Source of the DNA: Eledone cirrhosa | Lineage: Eukaryota | Assembly (NCBI GenBank): GCA_964016885.1 | Contig: OZ024745.1 | Location: 28,024,001 to 28,088,000 of the forward strand | DNA: 64,000 bases | Direction of reading: 5' to 3' | In this document: positions 1 through 14,840 of the stretch, in pieces | Layout: each line of letters begins with the position of its first letter | How positions within the stretch are numbered: the stretch's first letter is position 1 | Program-made: the position numbers and the translations under genes | Notes under the pieces: generated by a model | Databases searched by the model: none | What the model was told of the DNA's origin: nothing | What the model saw: the letters and a program-made list of their open reading frames with translations, nothing else

Positions 1-279
1 TTTCTGAGAATAGTTTGGGGGTAATACAGGAATTTATATAAAACATCTTATGAAACAAACTATATATATGGCTTCAATACATTCAAATGTTAGGTGACGT
101 TTAAATTATTCAAGCGAGTAAATTAAAGCCACTAAATTCTGAGGGGTTACTGAGAAGGGAAAATGACAAGACAGAGAGAACGTAATACCAAGCGAGACAA
201 TAAAGCCACTAAATGAAGAGAAAAGGGCAAGACAGGGAGAACATAATTCAATGAAAGAGATGGCAATTGATATTGCTTC

Positions 280-354
<75 letters not shown>

Positions 355-356
<2 letters not shown>

Positions 357-545
357 CAAAGGAATTGTGGCAAGGAACCAGATGGACCATAACGAACCAG
401 AGTACTCAATACTTAGGGTAGTAGAGTGGGAATAGGAAAAAGTATGACCCCGACGGCAGAGCTCAAGCCGTTTCGACGGCTATTTCTGGAGTCTGCAAAT
501 AGCCGTCGAAACGGCTTGAGCTCTGCCGTCGGGGTCATACTTTTT

Positions 546-550
<5 letters not shown>
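355..550 (-). mobile_element. Short PLE-derived fold-back element between (TA)n arrays: 3' half of a hammerhead plus a perfect 54-bp inverted copy
   Basis: Arms 432-485 and 497-550 are exact reverse complements. Each arm reads GAAA-cggc-ttgagctct-gccg-UC-ggggtc (stem III plus GUC). Homologous to 5115-5318 and 34841-34886. Confidence 0.7.
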
Positions 551-589
<39 letters not shown>

Positions 590-590
<1 letters not shown>

Positions 591-898
591 AAAAAACAAG
601 ATGGTGTAGGACAGAACAAAGGAGAGGCACAAAAACAAAGAAACGAATCCCCAGTCACTGAAGAGGTCACAGAATGTGTGACGAAAGAACTTTGACAATA
701 TATGAACAATCATCTGGTTGTGGAACCAACCAACCGGAAATTTATAAATTCCTAAACTTATAAATTTATTATAATAAATTGAAGTGAAAGCAACTGGTGC
801 GTGTGTTTCTTATTGGCAACATGACCCTCCCAAAGTATAACAATATCGGTTTCAACACACGTTTTCAGATAAAGAATCTTGCTAAACAAATTCAGAAA

Positions 899-900
<2 letters not shown>
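590..900 (+). mobile_element. PLE pLTR-like fragment with a hammerhead-like motif, inserted in (TA)n
   Basis: Near-identical inverted copy at 7952-8200 and a terminal scrap at 36867-36898; flanked by TA arrays. Confidence 0.6.
654..696 (+). ncRNA. Type I hammerhead ribozyme-like motif (minimal)
   Basis: gtca-CUGAAGA-g-gtcaca[gaatg]tgtgac-GAAA-gaac-UU-tgac. Stems I and II pair; stem III is weak. Confidence 0.55.
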
Positions 901-954
<54 letters not shown>

Positions 955-999
955 AAAGAGTGAAGAATAACATGGTCAACAGTACAAAAAAGGGTTTTA

Positions 1000-1120
1000 T
1001 TTACAGTCTAACAATTGTTTCACTGATTAAGTTGTCTAAAGATTTCTAAACACTTGAAGCTGTGCCACTCAATTTTAAATACGTTGTTAACTTAACCAGA
1101 TCATCAGAGAAAATGTTAAA
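1000..1120 (-). ncRNA. Type I hammerhead ribozyme with a long (~79 nt) stem II domain
   Basis: Minus strand reads CUGAUGA-tctggttaagtt...aacttaatcagt-GAAA-caattg(palindrome)-UU-aga. Confidence 0.7.
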
Positions 1121-1296
1121 ATATGCTGTTTTCATGAATTCAAATTATAACATCATTAATAAAGAAAGAGAGAGAAAAAAAAAGAGAGAGAGAGAAAAAA
1201 AAGAAAAAGGAGAAAAGGAAAAAAGAAAAGGATATAGAGAAAAAAGACAGAGAGAAAAGAAGATAGAAAGAGAAAAGAAAAGGATAAAGAAAAAAT

Positions 1297-1359
1297 ATAA
1301 AATAAAAATAAAAATAAAAATAAAAATAAAAATAAAAATAAAAATAAAAATAAAAATAA
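1297..1359. repeat. (ATAAAA)n tandem repeat in a purine-rich PLE 3' UTR
   Basis: Direct reading. Confidence 0.9.
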
Positions 1360-1663
1360 AGGGAAAAATAAAGATATCAACAATAAATGAATAAATGCTA
1401 ATAAACAAGTTACATCAAGGATGATAAAAAAAAACAATACAAAATATGAAAATAAATAAAAAATGTTTATATGTGCAAAGAAAAGTAAACATAGTATGAT
1501 TATTGAGAGTAGTTGTGGTGTTAGTGGTTAAAATATAGAGATATGATGGTATAAACATGAAAATGTTAAATATATTCATGCATGTATTGGTTACTTTAAT
1601 AAATTAATTAAATAATTAATTAATTATTTAATTAATTAATTGTAAGTTATATTAGAAGTGAAA

Positions 1664-1836
1664 ATAATTGTTTCTACTTTTGGCATAAGGCCAGCAATTA
1701 CCCAGTACATTACTGGTACTTTATTTTATCGACCCCGTAAGGATGAAAGGCAAAGTTAACCTCGGCGGAATTTGAACTCAGATCATAAAGGGACGTAACT
1801 CTATGCTTCAAAGCATGGTGTCCGACTCTCTACCGA
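1664..1836 (-). mobile_element. tRNA-derived SINE with Nin/Deu-type core
   Basis: Reverse complement of GAGTTCAAATxCCGCCGAGGTTAACTTTGCCTTTCATCCTTACGGGGTCGATAAAATAAAGTACCAG; many copies in the window. Confidence 0.85.
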
Positions 1837-1947
1837 TACGATAAGAGATTAAATAAATTTAGGGAGAGAAATAGAAAGATAGAAAATGAAAGAGAGAAAG
1901 TATAAAATATAAAAGGTTATGATGTTGGTTCATTGACAGTTGATGAC

Positions 1948-2015
<68 letters not shown>

Positions 2016-2016
<1 letters not shown>

Positions 2017-2305
2017 CGATACCAGGACCTAAAGTGGGAGGTGAAAAGGATTTGGAACTGCCATGAAGTCAAAGTGATCCCGATTGTCATAGGCGCACTG
2101 GGGACTATCTCCAAAAGTTTCCAGGGATGGTTAAAGAAAATCGGCCCCTTCACGCTTTTTGGAACGCTTCAAAAGGCATGCTTGCTTGGAACAGCAAGAA
2201 CCCTCCGATACGACCTGAATATCTGAGGCTGCAGGTAGTGGCTTGATATTCAATCCAACGGACTTTCCAGTTAACCAACATCAATGACTGAGATTCAAGG
2301 AATAA
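2016..2305 (+). mobile_element. Heavily 5'-truncated R4/Dong-like LINE 3' end in (TAA)n
   Basis: RYQDLKWEVKRIW...IPIVIGALG...LQKACLLGTARTLR is an RLE C-terminus; (AAT)n on both sides. Confidence 0.8.
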
Positions 2306-2330
2306 CAACAATAATAATAATAATAATAAT

Positions 2331-3920
2331 GGATATAAAGTCTATGACAAAACCATTAATCACCTGTTCTACATGGATGACCTGAAACTATTTGCAAAAA
2401 ATGATGAACAATTGCAAGGGCTATTATCCACTGTGAAGCAGTTCAGTGATGACATTAAAATGGAGTTTGGACTAGATAAATGCGCCAAAGCAACGTTCAC
2501 CAGAGGAAAGCTGCTGAAGAGTTCAGACATTAATCTTGATCGGGGGAACGTGATAAGAGAACTTGATCAAGAAAAAACTTACAAATATCTAGGTGTTTGT
2601 GAAGGAGACGGAATCAAGCACTCGACAATGAGGGAAAGGATAAGGAAGGAATGTTACCGCAGAGTAAGAGCAATCTTAAGAACGGAATTGAATGCAAGGA
2701 ATAGGATCGATGCCATAAACACGCTTGCCATACCAGTAGTAACCTACAGTTACAATGTCATCAACTGGTCAAGCACAGAGATCCGTAGGCCGGATACAAA
2801 AATTCGAAAATTCTTAACCATGCACAGAATGCATCACCCTAAGGCAGATATAGATAGAATATATCTCCCTAGGAAAGAAGGAGGACGTGGGTTAATCCAG
2901 TTAGACATTGCGTTGAAAACTGCAACAATTGGATTATCTACATATCTAAGGGAATCACATGATTGGATGATCAAACTCGTTTTGAAACACGAAAGCATCA
3001 AAAGATCATATTCCATTACAAAAGATGCACAAAGATACAGTAATGGACTACAAATTTCAGAAGTCCCATTTACTGCTGAAATGGAAAACACAGAACAAGC
3101 AAAGCAGGTAAAAGTAACTGCAAAGAAAGAATTGCTACAGAAACTGGCTAAGAAATGGCAAGAAAAGCCTCTGTATGGAAAATACCCAGAGCGAGCTAAC
3201 AATCCTGATGTTGACAAAACTTTAACCCATCAGTGGTTGGCATCCTCTGGACTGAAATCGGAGACTGAAGGACTGATTATATCGGCACAAGATCAGTGTC
3301 TGCCAACAAAAAATTACCAAGCCAACATAATAAAAAATGGGTGCAGCCCATTATGCCGTGTATGCAAAAAACAACCAGAGACCATTGACCATATAATTTC
3401 AATGTGCAGTCCTATAGCTCCAACCGAATACCTAAACAGGCATGACAGAGCTGCACAATACATACATTGGATAATATGTAAGCATTTTGACCTGCCCCAT
3501 CAAAAGAATTGGTGGGAACATCAACCACCTCCCATACTTGAAAAAGATCACATCTCAATCTTGTGGAAGTTTAGCATCCAAACAGACCGAAAAATAGATG
3601 CAAATAGACCTGATATAATATTGAAGGACTTTCAAAAGAGGGTATGCCTGCTAATTGATATGTCTGTTCCAATAGACAAGAATGTATCTATAAAAACATT
3701 TGAAAAATTGAGCAAGTATAAGGACCTGGAGATAGAAATTGGAAAAATGTGGAAATTGAGAACTAAAACAATACCAGTGGTTGTAGACGCTCTGGGAATG
3801 ATACCTAAGGGGTCTAATGATTACTTATCGCAAATCCCAGGAAACCCGCATATAGGAGAAATACAAAAGATAGTACTAATGGGAACTGCCCATATACTAA
3901 GGAAGATTCTGTCAATATAA
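2331..3920 (+). CDS. RT C-terminal half, CCHC finger and restriction-like endonuclease (partial, open frame)
   Basis: HLFYMDDLKL, YKYLG, GGRGL, CRVC-x8-H-x4-C, RPD...D...K..KY motifs. Confidence 0.85.
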   Translation, partial: GYKVYDKTINHLFYMDDLKLFAKNDEQLQGLLSTVKQFSDDIKMEFGLDKCAKATFTRGKLLKSSDINLDRGNVIRELDQEKTYKYLGVCEGDGIKHSTMRERIRKECYRRVRAILRTELNARNRIDAINTLAIPVVTYSYNVINWSSTEIRRPDTKIRKFLTMHRMHHPKADIDRIYLPRKEGGRGLIQLDIALKTATIGLSTYLRESHDWMIKLVLKHESIKRSYSITKDAQRYSNGLQISEVPFTAEMENTEQAKQVKVTAKKELLQKLAKKWQEKPLYGKYPERANNPDVDKTLTHQWLASSGLKSETEGLIISAQDQCLPTKNYQANIIKNGCSPLCRVCKKQPETIDHIISMCSPIAPTEYLNRHDRAAQYIHWIICKHFDLPHQKNWWEHQPPPILEKDHISILWKFSIQTDRKIDANRPDIILKDFQKRVCLLIDMSVPIDKNVSIKTFEKLSKYKDLEIEIGKMWKLRTKTIPVVVDALGMIPKGSNDYLSQIPGNPHIGEIQKIVLMGTAHILRKILSI

Positions 3921-4064
3921 GTACATCACAAGTCTAAACACTAAAGATGCATGTGTGAATATGTATGTTCTTTCTTGAACATGGCAGACCTTGTTGTCTC
4001 TTGAGGTCACTGGTTGTGACTTGGTGATAACTCGTATGAACATAAAGCAAGATAAATGCAACTG
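2331..4064 (+). mobile_element. 5'-truncated R4/Dong-clade non-LTR retrotransposon inserted in (TAA)n
   Basis: (TAA)n at 2310-2330 and 4065-4086; short 3' UTR after the ORF. Confidence 0.88.
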
Positions 4065-4702
4065 TAATAATAATAATAATAATAATAGGTTATTATAATA
4101 GGTTATTATAATAGATTTAAGTGGTACAATTTGCGTTATGGAACTTAAGTTGGTCTAAAATTATCGAAGCTGGTCGCCGTTTTATGCCTACAGAAAATTG
4201 TTCGTTCAATTTTGCTGTTAAATAGCATTTTGTTGTATTATAAAATATGGAATAATTCCATATTACTAAGTCCACAGTGGGACATGCCGTTGACAACTTC
4301 ATCCAGCTGATTCTGTATTCCTGGTTTGTATCTTTGAGCTGCCAGATTTTATTGGCGAGCGTCGTTGTATTCATAAGCTTCCTGTTATTTATAGTGTCTG
4401 TGGACATACACTCCCTCGCCGTCGAACCTATGTAGTGGCATTCTAAGTTGCCTGAATTTATAATACATAGGTACACTATGTTTGACTCCAGGCATCTATT
4501 TTGTAATGGGCATTTTTGTAATAGGCATTTTTTTCTTTATCCTTTTCTCTTCTCTTTCTCTCTTCTTTTCTCTCTGTCTTTTTCCTGTATATCTTTTTCT
4601 TTTTTCCTTTTCTCCTTTTTTCTTTTTTCTCTCTCTCTCTTTCTTTCTTCTCTCTCTTTCTTTATTAATGATGTAATTTGAATTCGTGAAAACTGAGCTT
4701 AT

Positions 4703-4825
4703 TTTAACATTTTCTCTGATGATCTGGTTAAGTTAACAACGTATTTAAAATTGAGTTGCACAGCTTCAGGTGTTCAGCAATTTTTAGACAACTGAATCAG
4801 TGAAACAAGTGTTAGAATGTAAATA
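4703..4825 (+). ncRNA. Type I hammerhead ribozyme with a long stem II (inverted pLTR copy)
   Basis: CUGAUGA 4716-4722, GAAA 4802-4805, caagtg-UU, then agaatgt pairing with upstream acatt..ct. Confidence 0.65.
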
Positions 4826-5036
4826 AAACCCTTTTTTGTACTGTTGACCATGTTATTCACCACTCTTTCAATATTATTACTCCAAGATAAACTTACATAG
4901 GAATGCAAGAGAACTCATAAACTCGCCACCTACGGAAACCTCTTGTTGAGTCAAACAACGCCGTACGCTAAAACTATCCACAATAAGAAGTATTCACAAC
5001 CTCTAACTGGATTACCTATAACGATATTTTGTTATC

Positions 5037-5429
<393 letters not shown>

Positions 5430-5494
5430 CATATATATATGTATATACATATATATATATGTATATACATATATATATATATATATATATGTAT

Positions 5495-5527
<33 letters not shown>

Positions 5528-5559
5528 CATACATACATATATATGTATGTATGTATATA

Positions 5560-7650
5560 AAGAATTTGTGTTGGAGGGAATCAAAATCATCTTGGAAAAC
5601 AATTTCTTCGAATTCAATGCCAAATACTACAGACAGAAATCTGGGACTGCCATGGGCACGAAAGTAGCCCCTCATACGCCAACCTTGTCATGGGATATTT
5701 GGAAACCACTCTCTACCGCAAAATTCTAGACAAATACGGCAACCACTTCTACCAACACATAAAAAAGAACTGGAAGAGATATCTGGACGACTGCTTCATC
5801 CTCTGGCATAAAAGTATAAATAGACTGTTTGAATTTAAAACCCTTCTGAATGAACTCAACACAAACTTACAATTCACAATGCATTACAGCCATGAACAAC
5901 CCTTTCCTCGACATCCTCATCAAGAAAACAAGCAACAAAATAGAAACAGACATATACTACAAACCCACAGACTCCAAACAATACCTCCCATTCAACTCCT
6001 GCCACCCTAGACACACCAAAATGGCAATTCCTTATAACCTAGCCAGAAGGATCTGAACAATAGTTTCAGATAAATACGCATGCTACACACGACTAGAAGA
6101 ATTAAAAAACACTTATCAGCAGAAACTCTCCACCATCCCTAATCAACAATGGATTCCAACGTGCCCTAAAACTAGACATCCAGGAACTCAGACACCTCAA
6201 ACCCAGGAATGAACCGCAACAAGAAACTCTACCATACATCTCCACACACAACCCCCTCAACAATGAGGCATTCGACACCATCCTCCAGAATATTCCTTTA
6301 CTAAAAAGAGACCCAAGAATGAACAAAATCCTCCAAACATACAACATCATAAAGAGCAAAAACAACCTAAATCCATAAAAAAACATCCTCACACAAGCCA
6401 AAATCCAACAAACCCTCACAATGAACCCTACAGTAGCAAAATGCGGAAGGCCCAACTGTGGCATATGCATAAATCTAATAGAAGGTTCAACATTCCATTT
6501 TAAACAAGGACAACATTTCACAGTTAAACACAACTTTACATGTGCATCAGAAAACCTAATCTATGTTTTGACCTGCTCAGGTTGTCAAGGGCACTACATA
6601 GGACAGACAAAAAACAGCCTCCGTCAACGTATGACCGTCCATAAATCACAAATTAAAATATAGGAATACAGAAAGATTGCATTTAGTGAACATATCGCCA
6701 ATTGTGCACACAACCAACATCCAAACTTTAAAATTTTCCCCATTTACAAATTCATAGACAACGCTACCTTCATCCATCGTACCAATAAGGAAACATATTT
6801 CATTAACAAATTCCAACCTCTTCTTAATGCACTAAAAATCGGACCAAACTAATAACTGCAACAAACAATCAAACATTTACAAGAGTTACCTCCCTCACAC
6901 CCTACCTAATCCTTTTTCTTAAATAAATTAAATATCATCCAGCAAGAATTGCCTCCCCCTGCATATTAACTCTCTAAAAAGGGAAATCATATCAAACCTC
7001 AGTCCACCATTTGCCTCCATCATGGAATCATGGATCAACTAAGCACTCTTGCTATATTAACACATTTTGATCTGCTTAACTTCAAGAACTATGCCTGTAA
7101 GTAACATTATTTTTTCTTTCACATTGACTTTTTATGCTCTACATTACGCTCGTTTTTCTTTTTTCTTTTTTCTTTTTTCTTTTTTCTTTTTTCTTTTTTC
7201 TTTTTTCTTTTTTCTTTTTTCTTTTTTCTTTTTTCTTTTTTCTTTTTTCTTTTTTCTTTTTTCTTTTTTCTTTTTTCTTTTTTCTTTTTTCTTTTTTCTT
7301 TTTTCTTTTTTCTTTTTTCTTTTTTCTTTTCACTCGATAAATCTTGTTTGTAAATAACATTATTCTTTCTGCACCTTCTCTTTAACATGCGCGACATCAC
7401 ACTAATACATATCACGATCATTTGATAATGCATAAAAATGCTGAAACCGGCAATAGACAATTATTAAATATATAAATAGATAAATAAATGCCATTGTTAA
7501 ATAATAAATAAATCAACTAATACCTTAACACTTCACACAAAGTAAAACATTTCGTTTTAATCATTTTCTAACCCAGAAAAAAGAGAGAGAGAAATAAAAA
7601 AGGAAAAAAAATTTTTTCTTCCTGATAATGGTCTCTTTCTCCATGTTTTC
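5560..7650 (+). pseudogene. 5'-truncated, decayed PLE (Neptune-like): RT, linker Zn-finger and GIY-YIG
   Basis: [61 protein letters not shown]...R...H; several frameshifts and stops. Confidence 0.85.
7153..7331. repeat. (TTTTTTC)n tandem repeat
   Basis: Direct reading. Confidence 0.9.
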
Positions 7651-7677
7651 ATATATATATATATATATATATATAGT

Positions 7678-7709
<32 letters not shown>

Positions 7710-7722
7710 TATATATATATAG

Positions 7723-7793
<71 letters not shown>

Positions 7794-7896
7794 TATATAT
7801 ATATATAGTTATATATATATATATATAAATATATATATATATAGTTATATATATATATATATATATATATAGTTATATATATATATATATATATAG

Positions 7897-7951
<55 letters not shown>

Positions 7952-7956
<5 letters not shown>

Positions 7957-8199
7957 ATACTTTGGGAGGGTCATGTTGCCAATAAGAAACACACGCACCA
8001 GTTGCTTTAACTTCAATTTATTATGATAAATTTAGAAATTTAGAAATTTATAAATTTCCGGTTGGTTGGTTCCACAACCAGATGGTTGTTTATATATTGT
8101 CAAAGTTCTTTCGTCACACATTCTGTGACCTCTTCAGTGACTGGGGATTACTTTCTTTGTTTTTGTGCCTCTCCTTTGTTCTGTCGTACACCATCTTGT

Positions 8200-8200
<1 letters not shown>
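7952..8200 (-). mobile_element. PLE pLTR-like fragment, inverted copy of 590-845; hammerhead-like motif at 8099-8141; partial duplicate at 8283-8320
   Basis: Reverse-complement match to about 595-843. Confidence 0.65.
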
Positions 8201-8285
<85 letters not shown>

Positions 8286-8328
8286 CCTCTCCTTTGTTCT
8301 GTCGTACACCATCTTGTTATATATATAT

Positions 8329-11735
<3,407 letters not shown>

Positions 11736-11754
11736 ATATATATATATATAGTTT

Positions 11755-11855
<101 letters not shown>

Positions 11856-11988
11856 ACGTGTATGTGTGTGTGTGCACGTGTATGTGTGTGTGTGTATGCA
11901 TGTAAAAGGTAAACAGAAATAACAAGACAATCGGTATAGTATATGGAAGGAATATATTAGGTGAACGCTTGAAATAGCAGGAAGAGGG

Positions 11989-12024
11989 TCTTAACGTTTC
12001 GGACGCTAGTCCTTCATCAGAAGA
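11989..12024 (-). ncRNA. Minimal type I hammerhead ribozyme in a short PLE-like fragment (~11900-12088)
   Basis: tctt-CUGAUGA-a-ggac[tagc]gtcc-GAAA-cg-UU-aaga; relatives at 49825-49860 and 21205-21240. Confidence 0.8.
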
Positions 12025-12087
12025 AAGAATGAGAAATAAGATAGTTTGAGGGGACAGGCGGGTTGGAATTGGAAAAAATGTCTTTAG

Positions 12088-12148
<61 letters not shown>

Positions 12149-12217
12149 TATGAAGAGAGAAGAAACATTTAGATATAATTAGTAATAAAATGTATCATAC
12201 CTAAACTGCTCCTAGAT

Positions 12218-12307
12218 TCCTCGACTACGTAGTTTCGTGGCATAAACAAAAACAATACATCATAAAGATATAGAGTCCTTGCGAGGTCTGCCGACTTATC
12301 AAGAGGA
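12218..12307 (-). ncRNA. Hammerhead ribozyme with variant U3:A8 core
   Basis: tcctc-UUGAUAA-gtcggca...tgccac-GAAA-ctacgtag(palindrome)-UC-gagga. Confidence 0.72.
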
Positions 12308-12980
12308 TACCTCATTTTACTAGCCTCAAGAACGCGTCTACACGACGTGAGAAAGAATCCCAAAAGGCGGAGGGGGAGATAGTCACGCGATATAACGGTC
12401 GAGAAACAGAGCTAAGCCTCTTATAACCCCGATGAAAATACCACGGAGGCGGAGGGGGTATTCATATCAAAGCCGTAGAAGAGGTGGTGAAGGAGGCGAG
12501 AAGTATGAGTAATGGCTGCTTTCCAGCAGTCACCACACTTCAAAGATTGCTCGACCAGAGGGAGTTATTAACAATATATTTATAAACACACAGATACATG
12601 CGGACACACACATATACATGAATGCATCCACACCCAACCGTGAGTTAAGGGTGCCAACCTCACCGATGTTGCTCAATGAATGACTGGGACAGACCAATCC
12701 GGTTGACCCAGACTGAACCAGTATCAGAGTTAAAAATACATTATGAAGAGAGAAGAAACATTTAGATATAATTAGTAATAAAATGTATCATACCTAAACT
12801 GCTCATAGATTCCTCGACTACGTAGTTTCGTGGCATAAACAAAAACAATTTTTCATCGGGGTTATAAGAGGCTTAGCTCTGTTTCTCGACCGTTATATCG
12901 CGTGACTATCTCCCCCTCCGCCTTTTGGGATTCTTTCTCACGTCGTGTAGACGCGTTCTTGAGGCTAGTAAAATGAGGTA

Positions 12981-13070
12981 TCCTCTTGATAAGTCGGCAG
13001 ACCTCGCAAGGACTCTATATCTTTATTATGTATTGTTTTTGTTTATACCACGAAACTACGTAGTCGAGGA
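12981..13070 (+). ncRNA. Hammerhead ribozyme with variant U3:A8 core (inverted copy)
   Basis: tcctc 12981-85, TTGATAA 12986-92, GAAA 13052-55, ctacgtag, TC 13064-65, gagga 13066-70. Confidence 0.72.
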
Positions 13071-13298
13071 ATCTAGGAGCAGTTTAGGTATGATACATTT
13101 TATTACTAATTATATCTAAATGTTTCTTCTCTCTTCATAATGTATTTTTAACTCTGATACTGGTTCAATCTGGTTCAACCGGATTGGTCTGTCCCAGTCA
13201 TTCATTGAGCAACATCGGTGAGGTTGGCACCCTTAACTCACGGTTGGGTGTGGATGCATTCATGTATATGTGTGTGTCCGCATGTATCTGTGTGTTTC

Positions 13299-13352
<54 letters not shown>

Positions 13353-13401
13353 ATGAAATATATGAAATATAAGAATCAAAGAACTGTTCAAAACATTTTT
13401 A

Positions 13402-13448
13402 TGCTTACAACTGTTTCCTCCAAACCGAGGTTTGGATTCTTCGGAGCA
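13402..13448 (-). ncRNA. Hammerhead-like motif with CCGAAGA (U4C) core
   Basis: tgct-CCGAAGA-a-tccaaacc[tc]ggtttgga-g-GAAA-cagttg-UA-agca. Confidence 0.6.
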
Positions 13449-14793
13449 ATTTATTAATGAATGAACACTTATATGACCTCCTTTTCACCCAAGAGACATA
13501 CAGATACATATGCAAATATTGTGGGTCAACATTCATTACAGCATTTAGAGTGGCAGTACACACTTAGAGATTACCTTCATATTAAAAGATACAATCAAAA
13601 ATACAGGTTAAAATACAACATGAAAATAAGCGGTTATATAGTGCAAATGTTATATGTGTGGCAAGCACGTGCGTCTTGTTTATATAGTGTGGCAGAGAGT
13701 TACGTGTAGTAGAAGAACTTAAGTAGGTAAACAAGAGTGTTAGGTTGGTTGATCTGGTGGCAAATTCTTTATATGATTGTTATAGTCTGTGTGTGGAGAA
13801 ATAATATAAGCATTAAAAATAGTGCAAGCATTAAAAATATTTAAAATATTGGAAATGCACAGCGAAGGGGTGATATGGACTTCATGTACTTCGACATTTT
13901 CATAGTCTGGGGAGTGTATTTTTCAGATTATATGCCCCTCACATAATCCACGACAATTCGATATTGAGCGTTTGACAATCCAGTTAGAGAATCGTAGTCT
14001 GATGTTCTTTAGTTCAATACAGGAGGATGTTACGTTTCGAGAATCGACATTGAAATACTACCCGGAAGTGTGTGTGTGGCTAAGGGGAGTTAATGCATGA
14101 GGGGAGGTAACTCCGAGGTTTCTATTACTAATTATTGAAATGTGTCTCAAATATTGAAATGTGTCTCAAAAATAGACCCTAACTTCTATGGTTATGCGCA
14201 ATTTCTAAAAAAATTCTAAAGCTTAAAGTGTTTTAAGTATAGAGTAGTCTATTAAGTTGTGCTGAAGGTGTTCGTATTATTATGGTGAATTAACCCCCAT
14301 CGTAGGGTGCCACAAATGGATATTATAGACGACGAGCGAGGATTCTAAATTAATGATCTCTGTGGTTGTAGTCTACTCAAAGGACCAGGCGCGGTGATTG
14401 CAGAATCACTTCAACACACAATGATCTCTGGTAAGTTCTGGGTCATCGCTTGCTACATTGGATGTCGAAAGACAATCATCACTAGGGCCGACCAGAGGTC
14501 AATCCGCAGTCCCCATGACCCCCCTCCGACCATCAAATCATCCATATATGTACAACCCGTATTCAAGACGCACGTGCTTGCCACACATATAACATTTGCA
14601 CTATATAACCGCTTATTTTCATGTTGTATTTTAACCTGTATTTTTGATTGTATCTTTTAATATGAATGTAATCTCTAAGTGTGTACTGCAACTCTAAATG
14701 CTGTAATGAATGTTGACCCACAATATTTGCATATGTATCTGTATGTCTCTTGGGTGAAAAGGAGGTCATATAAGTGTTCATTCATTAATAAAT

Positions 14794-14840
14794 TGCTCCG
14801 AAGAATCCAAACCTCGGTTTGGAGGAAACAGTTGTAAGCA
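14794..14840 (+). ncRNA. Hammerhead-like motif with CCGAAGA (U4C) core (inverted copy)
   Basis: Same motif as 13402-13448. Confidence 0.6.

Larger units (their letters stand above)
952..5040 (-). mobile_element. 5'-truncated Naiad-like PLE with an inverted 5' pLTR, interrupted by Dong LINEs and a SINE
   Basis: Minus-strand GIY-YIG remnant at about 4230-4450 (HYIGST...TTLANKIWQLKD...ISW). pLTR 952-1260 (-) and inverted copy 4530-4872 (+) each carry a hammerhead. Both ends abut (TA)n. Confidence 0.65.
12145..13300 (-). mobile_element. Non-coding HHR-bearing retrozyme/PLE-like element: partial tandem (593-bp period) plus an inverted ~450-bp arm, bounded by (TA)n
   Basis: 12145-12256 is repeated at 12738-12848; 12850-13298 is the reverse complement of 12585-12738 joined to 12145-12438. 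Confidence 0.75.

Noticed and set aside
6054-6056. In-frame TGA at a likely Cys position (RRI*TIV) as selenocysteine, as reported for some Naiads
   Set aside because: This copy also has frameshifts and TAA/TAG stops, so it is ordinary decay. The intact Naiad has no in-frame TGA.
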